In this document: in pieces, positions 50,153 to 62,322 of the stretch | How the letters are laid out: the number at the start of each line of letters is the position of its first letter | Position numbering within the stretch: position 1 is the stretch's first letter | Position numbers and translations under genes: made by a program | NCBI GenBank assembly: GCA_008632985.1 | Contig: QPGO01000008.1 | Coordinates: 62,001-126,000 of the forward strand | Reading direction: 5' to 3' | Length of the DNA: 64,000 nucleotides | Origin: Psammoneis japonica | Lineage: Eukaryota | Notes under the pieces: model-generated | What the model saw: only the letters and a program-made list of their open reading frames with translations | What the model was told of the DNA's origin: nothing | The model's database searches: none

Positions 50153-50349
50153 TACCGTATTGGCAATCCAAAAGCAAGTATTCATACACCAGTTCAAGTC
50201 ATCTGCGATGCGGGCCCTCTCTACTCTCTAGCTCTAGAGTAAAGAGAATCATATGGCAAAGACACCCTCCCAAGACGCCGTTCTGTTCTGCATTTTGAAT
50301 TGACTCAAGCGATGCTTCAAATTAGCGGATTTCAGTACGGATTTAGAAA

Positions 50350-51458
50350 ATGATGATGAGATGCGGCAGCCGAGCGCTGTACCAGTGCAGAAGCGGAAGC
50401 GTCGCTAGTAGTCGAAGTCGAGAAGTGGCGCTACACGAAACTGCATTGATTTGCATCGCTGTATCAACATCCACTCTCGTTACCTCGAGGCCGTTTTCAT
50501 CGAACGGTGCTCCACCGCTACATTATGAGTGGTCTCACGTAGGAAAATTCTATTCTCAAGCAGAGCTTCTTCCAAAGTCAGAGTCTACTACGTGTACTGG
50601 CATAGTTATCTTCTTACACGGCCTTTTGGGAAACGGCAAGAACTTGAAAACCATGGTAGACACATATCAAAGAATAATCCACATTTGCTGGGCCTGTCAT
50701 TGGACCTAAGAGGTCACGGGCTGTCTTCATCCTATACTTCGCCTCATTCCTTCGAAGCTTGTGCAGCCGATGTTGCGCGAACAATTCAAACTATTGCTTC
50801 TCAAACACCTCAGCTCCCACCCGTCACATCGATTGTGGGACATTCGTGGGGTGGTCGGGTAGCTTTACAACTTGCAAACGACATCACGGTACAAGAACAA
50901 TCGAGGCCACCTCCAAAAACTTGGCTTTTGGATGTCGTGCCAGCTGTTGCACACATATCCGTAACGTCCGTATTGAATGCCATCTACAAGACTCCACCCT
51001 CTGTCATGCATGACAAGAAATTAGTTTTGCATTGTCTCATGAACGACGGTGGTCTGGATGTGAGTATGGCAAACTGGTTGGTGGGATCCATGAGGAAAAC
51101 CACGGAAAGTCGACTCGAGTGGGGCTTTGATGTAGACGTGGTGCAGGAATTGCTGCCACAGTTTGCCACTCAGGATTTCCATGGACTCTTGTCGAAATTG
51201 GTGAATCATCATGAAGACAATAACAAACTTGCTGGTCGAGTGGACTTGGTCCGCTCGGGTCAAAACAAGGCTTGGACCGAAAGTACACTCGAGGGATTGC
51301 ACAAATTGTCTGCAGAAACCACGTTGAGTAGCAAGGGTAAAATGACGGTGCGCAAGGCTGGGTTTCACATGCATCTGTTGCCGAATGCAGGCCATTGGAT
51401 TCACGTGGACGATTTACCAGGCCTCTTGGATATCTTTCAAAAAGAGGGCATTGACTAG
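50350..51458 (+). CDS. Alpha/beta hydrolase, ABHD11/YbfF-like
   Basis: IFLHGLLGNGKN, LDLRGHG, VGHSWGGRVA and LPNAGHWIHVD. A 1-nt frame break at about 50656 is repaired by one added G. Confidence 0.85.
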
Positions 51459-51673
51459 AGCTACGGTAGTACAACACAAGACTTGGTAGCACTACCGAAT
51501 CTATTTTCTAAGAGATAAATGTAAATACGAATGCAGAGACAACAGAAGGCAAAAAAGAAACTCTAGGAAGTAAACTACAAACTACATTCATCTTAACCAC
51601 GTACAAAAGAGCATCTGCCGGTACGTGAATGTAACACTTGACTCTGATTCATGCTATTGACGACGCGTCTCCG

Positions 51674-52113
51674 TTAATGAGGGGGGCTCATCCAGAATAC
51701 AAAGCAGGCCCTGGGGTCATTCACTGTGTTGCACTGACCACATGTTTTGTGATTATTGGCAAGCTCCTCGTGGAAGAAGCAACCCGCGGCTGCGCAACGG
51801 ACGCAAGTGTGGCACACCTGCCAAGTAGACATGGAGTCTCTACTGCATATGGTCCCATCCAAATCAGGAGGCACAAGATTTTGATAGGCCTCTCCAAGCA
51901 CCTCCCAGCGTCTTGTGGGGAGATCTGTTTGACGAATACCACATCATAGGAACAGCGTCAGAAAGGCGAAATGAGAGAATATATTCAATTCACGCATTTC
52001 GCACATAACATCGTTCGAATACAAGACGTACCGGTACCTCCAACCTCGTAAGCACAAGCAAACCGAAGAAAGGCTCCGAGAAGGACGATGACAACTGGTA
52101 GGTGACGGGACAT
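51674..52113 (-). CDS. Small secreted protein with one Cys module
   Basis: Signal exon MSRHLPVVIVLLGAFLRFACA, phase-1 intron, then CHTCVRCAAAGCF...CGQC. Confidence 0.65.
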
Positions 52114-52472
52114 GGTCGATACAAGATCTAAGAAGCTGCGACTGACTCTGCAATTGTGATTGTGTTGATTAGGTCTTCGTTCGCCTGGCAAAATGTGAGG
52201 GGGTCACAGTGTCTTTTCGGTAAATAAGCCCTTCTTGTAATGACCAGTGTCCAATCAAAGGACATAGACTTTACAAAAGTGAAGACTTCTACGGTACAAT
52301 TTAAAAAATTATAATATGACTATCGTTTCTCCAAACTCTTGAACATTATATTATTGCCCATTTAGGAAGGGTCATTCTCGGAGTCATCATTATAATATTT
52401 GCGTGCTTTTAGCCACACAAAGATACCTCTGCCAAATTTGTGAAGTGCCACGAAGACAGTACGGTATCAGAG

Positions 52473-53014
52473 ATGGCGGCTTCAAAGGGACGACTTCTTC
52501 TCGTCCTTTTAGCTTTCCTGACCCTGTCAAGTTCACATGAGAAAGGTGAGGATTTGTAAAATCGTGTTTTGCCTTTGCGGCTACAGTTAGTACCGTGGCG
52601 CCTGCTCTATTTTATCGACAGACGTCAATGATCCGTTTCTGCTCATAATCGTATTCTCTGCCAGTACTTGTGAAAGCCGGCAGCAGAAAACGCATGCTAC
52701 AAAACGGGCCAAGGCACAATAAGATTCCAGTAATTCCGGTTGGCGCAACGAATTGGAACGATCCTGATAACTGGCAAGCGCGCGCGTCAGAAATCGTCCG
52801 CGTTCGTGACACTCTAGTGAAGCGCCTCCATCTTGATATGTGTGGAGAGCGGATCCCAGGACAAGCTAGACGATGGCGACTCTGCCGCAGAACGATCAAG
52901 TGCCTCCGCGCAAAGTGCATGACGGACCAGCCTTCTTTTCTAGGAAAGGGAAAGTGTAATAAGTGTTGGCGTATTTCAGTCGAAAACGTGATTGAATTTA
53001 TCCCGGCAGCTTGA
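52473..53014 (+). CDS. Small secreted protein with a divergent Cys module
   Basis: Signal exon MAASKGRLLLVLLAFLTLSSS, phase-1 GTGAG intron, then CRRTIKCLRAKCM...CNKC. Confidence 0.6.
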
Positions 53015-53089
53015 CGTACCGGTACAAGATTGATACCAGGAATAGGTAAATTAAGAAGATCTAGGAGAGTTCAAGCGCGAAAGCCCACA

Positions 53090-53982
53090 CTACTCTGGCG
53101 CTTTTTTCAAACTAGCTCTTGCTTGTCTTGAGAAGACAAACACTCCTTCCGATCCACTCGGTTCTTTCCATTCAAGTCCATGCCGCTGTGCGCATTCCAG
53201 TACCAGGTCGATATTGACGTTTCGTCTGACAAATGAAAGCCAAAACTCCCCTCTCACTCCATCCGGAACCATGAGCAGCATAACCGTGTCAAACAATGGC
53301 TCGATCACGGCTTCCACGTAGATGACGTCACTCGCAAGAATAACATCGAACCCCCGCGGGTAATCGGAAAGAAAAGATTCAACGTTATGCCCCCATAGAA
53401 GTTGTCGGCAAGAAATAGTCGCATTGTCGTTTCTTCTTTTAACGTTGGATGCGACATTAGCTCGCATAGCGGCCAGCGCGTCTGTATCACCATCTGTGAG
53501 AACTACATTCTTGGCATTCAGAAAGTGAGCAAGTAACCCACACAATCCCAAGCCTGCCCCAAGCTGAAAGCCATTGTGATTTAGCGATGATTATCGCAGT
53601 ACGACAGAGAAATCAGAATAGAAGTATTGTTTCTTACCTCCAGGACAATTTTACCCTGAATTGATTTTTGAGTAGCAATCATGAAGTTGCAAAGCAGAGG
53701 AGAGGCTCTCCAGAGTGTCAGTCCAGTGCTGCTAAGGATTTGTCCGTTCTCTGCCTTGACACCAATTATGACAATACGTATATCGTTTGGAAACTCAAAC
53801 TCGAATTCCTCATACCGATCGGGTTCGTTGAAAAGGTCGCCTGTGTCAGGTAATTCGCATTCGCCGTTTTCTACGTTGATCGCCTGACTTCTGTCACCGC
53901 TGTCGATCAGTCCCTCCGCCTCAATCCAGGGCTGCTCTTGTTCGCTAGGACATGTTTCGTTTTTTGTGCCAAACGTAGACAT
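53090..53982 (-). CDS. Protein lysine methyltransferase, Methyltransf_16 / METTL21-like; one intron
   Basis: TGLTLWRASPLL, IVLE/LGAGLGLCGL, VVLTDGD, LLWG and FDVILASDVIY. Confidence 0.88.
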
Positions 53983-54299
53983 GTCTATTTCGAGAATCAA
54001 TCTAAATACCTTGAGAAAACTCTTTGAAGACTTTTATGGCTACTAATGTGCCCGTTTTCTCACCAAGGATGACTGCAACAACTTAACATGAAAACGGTCA
54101 ATCAACACAACTAAATTACCGCAGCAGCAAAGATGAACGTATTTCTAGCAGTTTTGCGTTTGTGAATGGAAGATCACTCATCACTCATTGCACACTTTCC
54201 ATTCTACCTGAACGCGTCAACACATTCAACATCGCATCGCATAGCGTCGCTGTTCGCATTCTGAATTTTGATGCATTGCAATTGCCCTGTCGCGGTGCT

Positions 54300-56424
54300 G
54301 CATTTACGCGCGCGCGTGAACGTCACCTCAGCAGTGGCGCGGTGTGAATTACAGATGCTGGAACTTGCTGGGTCATGCATGTCAATCACATCAATCACAT
54401 GCATCATCGTCACATCATGTGCAGGAAAGCAAGGGTTCAGGTTTTGGGATGGGTTCGCGAGATGGGACTGCAGCTTGGTGGAATGGCAGGTGAGCTGGAC
54501 AGTCAGGGGTTTGGTGACCATGAGACTGAGGGCAGTGTGGCGGCGCAGCAGTGCGGCGCGAGGTGAGTGTGAGGCCAAGCCGGGTGTTGATGGGTTCTTC
54601 TGGGCAGCTGCAGCAGCGGGTGAGAGAGAGAGCTCCCCTGAGCACAACAATGACTGGGTTCAGGTGTGTGCAGCATGGCCAGGTGCGTGTTAAAAAGAGG
54701 ACTCGGGTGCTGCCCAGCAGGCTGGGGGGCTGCGCATGTGGGGTGGAGATGGGGGGTCATCTTGGTGTTGTTGGCTGGTTTGCTCTAAAGAGAAGGCCAT
54801 GGGGGGCAAAGCACCCTTCCTGGCACTGCCAAGTGGTCAAGGCAGAGATGCTTGCTTGCCTCACAGAACTTTGTGATTTGCGCGCAAAATTTTTGCTTTG
54901 GGCACTTGCACGTGGTGTGTGGCCTCAGCAAAAGGGCTGAGATTGGGGGCAGGCAAGCAAGGAGCTGGAAGGGGGAGAGGAGATTTGGTGACAGCTGCGC
55001 TGATGGCTGGGCAGTGGTGACCTGGGAGCAAAGCAGTGGAAGAAGAAGCAGGGGTGAGTTCTTCTTGGACACACACCAACATCAGCAGCTTGTTTCATGG
55101 GTGAGTGTGGGTGAGGTTTGCAGGCTCTTGGTGAGTGGCAGAATCTCACATGTGTCAGACAGCAGGCCAATTGTTTGAAGCATGCCAAAGAGAGCATCTC
55201 AGACAGCATTGGAGAGGTCAGTTTTGTGCCCAAGAGAGCAGCGACAGAGGGCACATGGTCATGACCATGTGGAGTGTGGACATCAGATGCACCATTGCAT
55301 GAGGTGCAGAAGATGTTGGGTGGCAGCCTGTGACCATTTCTGTTGTTTCACAAAAAACACCACAGCACATGCCAACCCCACTTCCCCATCTTGCTCTTGT
55401 GCTTGTGCAGTTGGGTCAATGTTCCTGCCTCTTGTTGCTTGTCTCTGCTCCATCTTGTGCCTCCACATGTGCTGAGAGGTTGTGCAGTGGCATCAGCGTT
55501 GCTGGCACAGACACATCAGAGTCCAAGTCATTTGAGCATTTCATGCAATGCTCTAGAGAAGCATCCTTCTTGCACTTGGCAACCTCATCTTTGTCCTCCT
55601 CCTGTGTCCTGTGAGCCCCCTCATCCAAGAATTCTGCAAGCGCATCTTCAAGCTGTGCATCAACATTGTCCTCTGTTGTTTTCTCACTTCTGTTGCTTGC
55701 TTTTCCTTGAGCTCTCTTCCTTTTCTTTCCCAACTTGCTGTGCTTTGCCTTTTTGACAATGTCGTCTTTTGTCTTTGTCTTCTTCCTCACCACAAGAACC
55801 CAAGTGACTTGTGTGCAGCAGTGCTTGTGATCCAGGGCAACACATCATTGGGACAAGGCATTGACCATGTCATGAATGGACTCCATTGCACCCTTCGTGA
55901 AGAAGCCAGTTGTTCTGCACTTTTGCAACATTTTCAAGGTGCGCACTGTCAGTTGGCAAATCTTGATGGCAGCAGAGCCAACGCAAAGCTCCCAGAACTT
56001 CTTGACATCTTCCTTGAACTTGTCAATGTCAGCATTCTCTGACATGTTGATGGATCTTAACCAAGGTGGGAGCTCTGCAAATGTGCCAAAAATCCCCTTG
56101 ATGCTTTTTCTTCTAACTCTGTTTTCACCTCATCTGACTCATCTTTGGATGCTTCCCACAAGGCACTGAACAACAAGCTGGAATTCTGCATCATTCTGAA
56201 ACAATCATTGCCATCAAATGATCCACCATGGAATGGGTTGTGCTGGGCACTGACAGGTGATTTGCTGATGATGGATTCCAGCATGCTTTCAAACTTCCCT
56301 TGGCCATGTTTCAGGTGTGCACCAATGTTGGAAAGCAGACCCTTGAGTGTGCAGGGTGCACTGTCTTGTTGCGATTGCTCTTGAGTTGAGCATGAAGTCA
56401 TCCAGCAGACTCACGCGCATCTCT
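54300..56424 (-). mobile_element. Degenerate RAG1/Transib/Chapaev-like DNA transposon, 3' part; left boundary approximate
   Basis: FHGGSFDGNDCFRMM (56057-56401) and GFFTKGAMESIHDMVN (55845-56045) resemble the GN and GxxSExxxES motifs of this transposase group. TA and CG are depleted. Confidence 0.6.
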
Positions 56425-56429
56425 GTGTG

Positions 56430-56705
56430 TGACAGAAAATGAAGGCAAATGGCAAGAATTCAAACAATGACTCCTCACTGCTGTCTAAACAGCAGATGAG
56501 TCTCCGCTCAGAGACCGTCACAGGAGCCGAAAGACGTGCAAGTCGGTGCAATCGGGCTACTGTTGTCATTCTTGTGAGCCTTGTGGCTCGAAAGCAAACT
56601 ACATCGCGCGTGAACGCGCGGAACTGAAGCACACAAAACTGTGCACGGTAAACTAAACAGCGCGCGACACTTCGTGCGCACCTGAATCCTGTTCAAATCC
56701 TGTCA
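56430..56705 (-). repeat. 3' LTR
   Basis: TGACAG...CTGTCA; 14 transitions versus the 5' LTR and no indels. Confidence 0.95.
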
Positions 56706-59700
56706 CTCCCCAGTTTGCTTGAGGAGCCACAGAAACAGATTCGACTTCGGATGGAATGAAGTTCCAGAACATGAGGGGGCGGAGAAGGTCCCAGATTTGG
56801 GAGCAACCCCAATGCTTGCTGAGAATGTCAGCAGGGTTGCGGGAGCCTTCGATGAAGTGGAACTCAAGGCAACCAGAGGCAATTGCCTCACGCACACGGT
56901 GGAACGACAGTGCGGTGTGTCGCTTGTGTAACTTGGAGTGCGGGATGGTGGCACTGTCTACAACCGACTTGTTGTCACCGAACATGTAACTAACGTTACG
57001 GATCGGGACGCCAAGGCAGCGCAGGGTGATGCGCAGGTCGACAATCTGCTCAACACAAGTCCTTGCGGCAACAAATTCAGACCCGTAGGTCGCAGTCTCC
57101 ACGGTGGCTTGTTTCTTAGAGAACCAATCAGCCGGGAATTTGTTGAGGAAGTGGAGCATTCCCATGACAGAGCGTCCGGTGAGCATGCAATGGCACAAGT
57201 TTGCATCGACGTAGTGGGTGGCAGTGACGAACTTGCCAAGGGGCGGTGGAGCGTCCTTCGGGATCATCTCTTCTGCTTCACCATACACGGAATGCATCCA
57301 TTCACAGGCCGGAGCAGGGAGATCCGAACAGTCGGGCTCTTCCGTACGAACGCGGAGAGCACCGTGTCGCATCTTGGAGAGGCACCCACAGACGCATTTG
57401 GCACGATCCAAGTGGCCTTGACGGGGCGCAGCTCGGAAGCTAGAGAGTGACATGACAGCCGTGGCAATGTCAATTCGACCAAGGGACACTGCCCATTGGA
57501 GTGAACCAACAAGAGACTGGAACTTGTGAATGCCATCGGGTCCCAGCAGTTCGGAAGTGTCCAGTTCGGGGAGGTCACCCTTCTCTAGAGGTGACAGGGC
57601 GTTGGTGGCAGGTTTCTCCCCAAACAGTCAGGCACAGCTGTCGACCATGCGCTCGATGTACTTGCACGGAGACAGGCACAAGGTTCCGTCGGGTTCCCGG
57701 GAAAAGTCGCAACCCAGATGGAACTCAATGGGTCCCGTGCCCTTGAGCTTGAACTTGTGCTTTTCCGTGAGAGTGTCGACGAAAGATTGAGGGTCCTTCA
57801 TGGCAATGGCGAGGTCATCCACATAAACGGCAATGCACTCACAGTGGTCGCCGTTCCTGCGCATCCAAATGTCGGGTTCGGCGCGGCAGGGGAAGAAGCC
57901 TTCAGCTCGCAGGCAGTCGGCGAAGCGCTCGTGCCAGCGGAGACCGGAGCTGCGCAGTCCATGCAGTGCCTTGTGGATGACAAGGATGTGTCCTTCGAGT
58001 TTGCCGAACTCGGGTCCAGCTGCAATGTAAAGCTTCTCCTTGGTGGTGGCTTCAAGGCAGGCATTGCCAATGTCGGTGGCCCATGTCTCCAACTCGTTGA
58101 GTTCGGCCAGGAAAATCATCAGCCGAAGGCCACGGAGGGAGACCACTCCGGAGTGGACACTGTCGACAGGTACGTCCATGAGGTGCCCGTCGGCTACGAG
58201 TCATGCCTTGTGGCGACCGTCGTGTTTCACATCGCACACCAGGTGCACTCGGATCTTCTTGTGTCCCGCAGGAGGAGTGGAAGACTTGAAGGGCCCGCAG
58301 TCATGGAAGACTTCGTATTCGTCGAGTTGGTCCATCTCGAGATTGGTTGCGTCTCCCCACTTGCGGTTGCCGTTGCGTTCGTCCAGTGACATGGCGTGTT
58401 TGTAGTTCCGGGGAACTTCGCATCCATGCTTGTAGCGGGGTGCAGTGCGGAAGGAGCGAAGCTTGGCTTGGTTGGCCATGCGAAATAGCTTCTTTTGGCG
58501 CCTCGCGATGGTGCGGAACCGCTTCCAGCCATCCGTGTCGAGGAGTCCGTTCTCTCGTGCATAGATGGCACAGGTGACGGGGTTGTCCTTGGCGATGATG
58601 GCAAGAGGCTCGGACGTGATCTCCCCACTTTCCCATTCAAGCATGATGTTGTAGCTGGAGCCTTTCCAGGTTGGGTCGTGAGGCTTCAGAGGTCCTTCGT
58701 GTGACACGATGCGTCGAAATTTCCAAACAGTGGTGTCTTCGTCTTCTTGCTCAATGTGATTCATGATGTCATTGCAGGCAAGGACTTCCTCGTATTCGTC
58801 ATTGTTGACAGAGCAGACGAACTTGGTGAGCTCGGGATTGCCGTTCACTTTCCATTCGTGGTCTTCGACGGCCTTGACGATGCGAGCTCTGTGGCGTTGT
58901 CCGTCCTCTTGTGGCTGCATGAGGAAGGTGCGTCCAATGATGTCTTGCGGATCGAAAACTGGCATCTTGGGTGTCCTGATCTCCCCATCAGGAGAGTCGA
59001 CGGGGTTGTCGTCATGGCGAGATTTGATGATGGGTTCAGGTGGCTCCCCATCAGGAGGATCAAGACGCAGGTTTCGAACGGCAGGATCGGGGGCAGCGGA
59101 GCGGACGTTGGACCGGTGGAGGATCTTCTGAGTCTCGTCAGATAGAATCTTGAAGGTCATCTGGTGGCCGACGTGCTCAGCAATGCCAACGAAGCGTCCA
59201 CGCAACTCACGGGATTCAGACGGCCAATCGGAGTCATCGAGGTGGAAGCACACGGGTTCCCACCAGTGAAAGCGAAGCAATGGGCTGATGTCCGGGGTGG
59301 AGCCAGTGAGAGTCTCGAGGGGCGTGCGCCAGTGGAGACGTGGGGACACTGTGTGGTTGAGGATGAAGCACACGCACATGAGCGCCAGCAGCCATGTGTG
59401 GGCAGGCGAACCAAAACGATCCATGACAGTGTTCGCCATGCGCTTCACGGTCTGGCATCGACGCTCGGCAAAGTTTTGGTGTTGCTGGTGAGGCTCACTT
59501 TGCCAGCTAGAGATGAAGAGGGCGCGCAGGATCCCGAGCACTTTGTTGCTGATCTCAACTTGAGCACGGTCGCCAATGAGTTTGGATGGGGCACCACGTG
59601 CACGGATCTGATCCTCGAGTGTGTTGACAAACTCTTTGTCCGTCTTAGCACCGCAGACGTCAGTGACGGTGGACTCGGTGCCAACAAACAGTTGGGCGCT

Positions 59701-62322
59701 GGTGCAACCAGAGTCGACGGCCGGGGTGTCGGCACAAACGGTGTCAGTGGCGATGGGCTCGTTGCGGCGGTGCACATTAAGGGCGGGGTTGGGTGATTTG
59801 CAGGCCTTGCGAAGGTGTGTGCCGGCGGGCATGCGGGCGCACTGCGTGGTGCAGTCAAAAGTGCGACGGACTGTGTCGGCAGGCAGGAAGCCAAAGTGAG
59901 GCCGAAGAGACTCGAAGGGGGGGTCCTTGGGCTGCACAGTGCACTCCGGAGGTGGAACGTCATCGCCCTGGGGGCCAATCGCATGCAGATGACACTCGTA
60001 GAACACGTCGTCGTTCGGAATGAGGTGATCATCGAGGGCGGACGCGTGATCGGCAGACAAGGAAGCGGACAAGATGGTCTCGTTGACAACGACACGATGA
60101 CGGCAGTTGCCGCACTCGTCAAACAGGTTGGCAGTGGGATCGTCCTGCAGGTCAGAGATCGCGTCGCACCACTGGTCGTCGTCAGTGACAGAGTGATCGA
60201 GGACGGAAGGGTCCCATGTGTCATCACCGGTGAGGATGACATGGGGCAGGGTGTCCCATTCGGCGTCAGTGCAAGGTCGCATGGCAACACAAGGCAGGCC
60301 AGCCTTGATGTCAATGGGGATGACACAGCCATCAGGAGTGGCAATGCGTTGCAAGCCGTTGGGCACCTTGACAGAGCGATCGTTGACATCCTGTTTGCAC
60401 CATTCGAGCTGGCCGCAGGAGTGGATGGTCTTGCCCTTTCCCGTGCATGCGCACTGATGGAGGATGGCGATGACGGGACCACGCTGGGTCTCAACAATGG
60501 CGCCAGCGGTGACAATGGGGATGTCCACCAATTGATGATCGTCAATGCCCTGAACGTCGACTTGGTGAGAGGTGCGTGCAATGACGCGAACGTCGTTGCC
60601 AGCAATGCCGCCGTTGGCCCCACGATTGACTAGAGCGCCAGTGCGTGTGGATCGATGAGCAGAGGCAGAGCAAATGACATTGTGGTTGTCAACGCGGCGG
60701 CAAGTGCGGCCGTTAAGTTCCACGTTATCTGCAGAAGCTGGCGGGGTAGAGGAAGCGGCGGATGGCCCCGGTCGACTGGCATTGGGGGCTTGGTTAGGAG
60801 ACAACAGACGTTGCAGATCACCGGGTGGCAGTGGCTTGCGCTTGGTGAGGTGCGCCAGGATGGGATTGTCCGAAGTGGCGTCCACATGTGGGGCGGAGTC
60901 ACCAGAGTCAGCAGGAGTCGTGTTGGACAAGTTGACATCACCGTCACTCCCAAGGCGTTGGTCGTGAAGGTTGGCCGCAACAGACTCATGGCAGTTGCTG
61001 GCTCGCGGGTTGCGGGGAGGTGGACGAGAATGCTCAAGGATGATCGCCTTGGAGGAATCGGGCAACGAATCCCAGAGCCGTTGGTGGTCGGGAGGGAGAC
61101 GTCTCCATTGGACACCGGTGAGGCTGGGACCGCGGGTGTGGGCAGCATTGGCTTGAAGGACGTCAACGTCACTGTCAATGTCGTAGAACACATCGTCGGA
61201 CGGTTCCTCGGAGTAGACGTCGTGTGCGCACATGGCGCGTCGGGGAGCTCGAGGTGTCGTCTTGGGTTGAAACGTGCTGTCGCACTGAGCTGCTGCGGAG
61301 AGGAGCAAGCCACAGTGTTGATCGCATGTGAGGCTCTTGCCACTCTGCGTGCGATGCTGATCAGCTTGGTTCTTGACAGCACGGAGTTCCTCGACAGGGT
61401 GCACGGCATTCTCGAGCATGACGCGCTTCTGTCCTTCAGAGAAGTGGTCACTGGCCGGGATGAGTGCCTCGTACTTGCGCAACTGATCTTGCCAATGAAG
61501 GATGAACCCGTGGGTCGGACCTTTCCAAGTGCCATCACCAAGACGCGCGGTGGTGAGGTGCGTGAGCAGGGTGGAGGACTCGACAGATGCGCGGGTGGAG
61601 GCAAGCGCGCACTCAGACAAGGAGCGGCAGACGGTCTGTGCGTCAGAAGACTCCACATTTTCGCGAATGAGAGCCTTGCCCTTGTCGGTGAGAAGGATGC
61701 GTTCGAAGACGGCGAACATGCACTTTTGCTGTTCAGCAAAGAGCAGTTTGTCTTCGGGGCTGGTTGGTTTGTACGACGAGTCTAGAATGCACTCGACGTC
61801 TTGGGCACGGGCTTGTGCCACAAGTGAGGTGTGCCAAGTGTGCCACTGCTTGTCGGATTTGAGAGCCGTGAAAGCGGTGGGATCACGCTTGATGCCTCGC
61901 TTGAAGTCCCGCACCGGGTCGCGTGCCTTGGTCGGGTTGGTGACATGTGGAGGTGCAAGGGGTGAGCTGCCGATGGACACAGAAGACATGCAGTCGGGGC
62001 TGAGGCGGCAGGCAAGGAGCTCGTCATGTGTGAACAAAGAGGAGTCGTTGGCAACGTCAAGACCTTTGTGTGCTTTGACAATGCACAGACTGACTGGTGC
62101 TGCTAACATGTTCTCACAACCACGGGGCAAAGGGATTGCATCAGTGCCGTTGTCGCACTCAAGCGAGTCGATTTGGGACGGCATGAACGTGAACAGTTCC
62201 TGACATGAGTCCGTGCCGTCTTGGGCCAAAGCCAAACGAAGAGGACTCCCAGCACCTTGGGCAAGCACGGTTCCAACCACGTGCTTGAAACCATCGGTTT
62301 GTTGCTGACGAGTGAGAACCAT
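56706..62322 (-). pseudogene. gag-pol polyprotein in a single frame with two TGA stops (58201, 57628)
   Basis: LVNRGANGG, IATDT..GDRAQ..NFAERR (integrase), DVKHDGRHKA, DIGNACLEA, AVYVDDL, ETATYGSEF, FGDNKS and NPADILSK. Confidence 0.92.
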
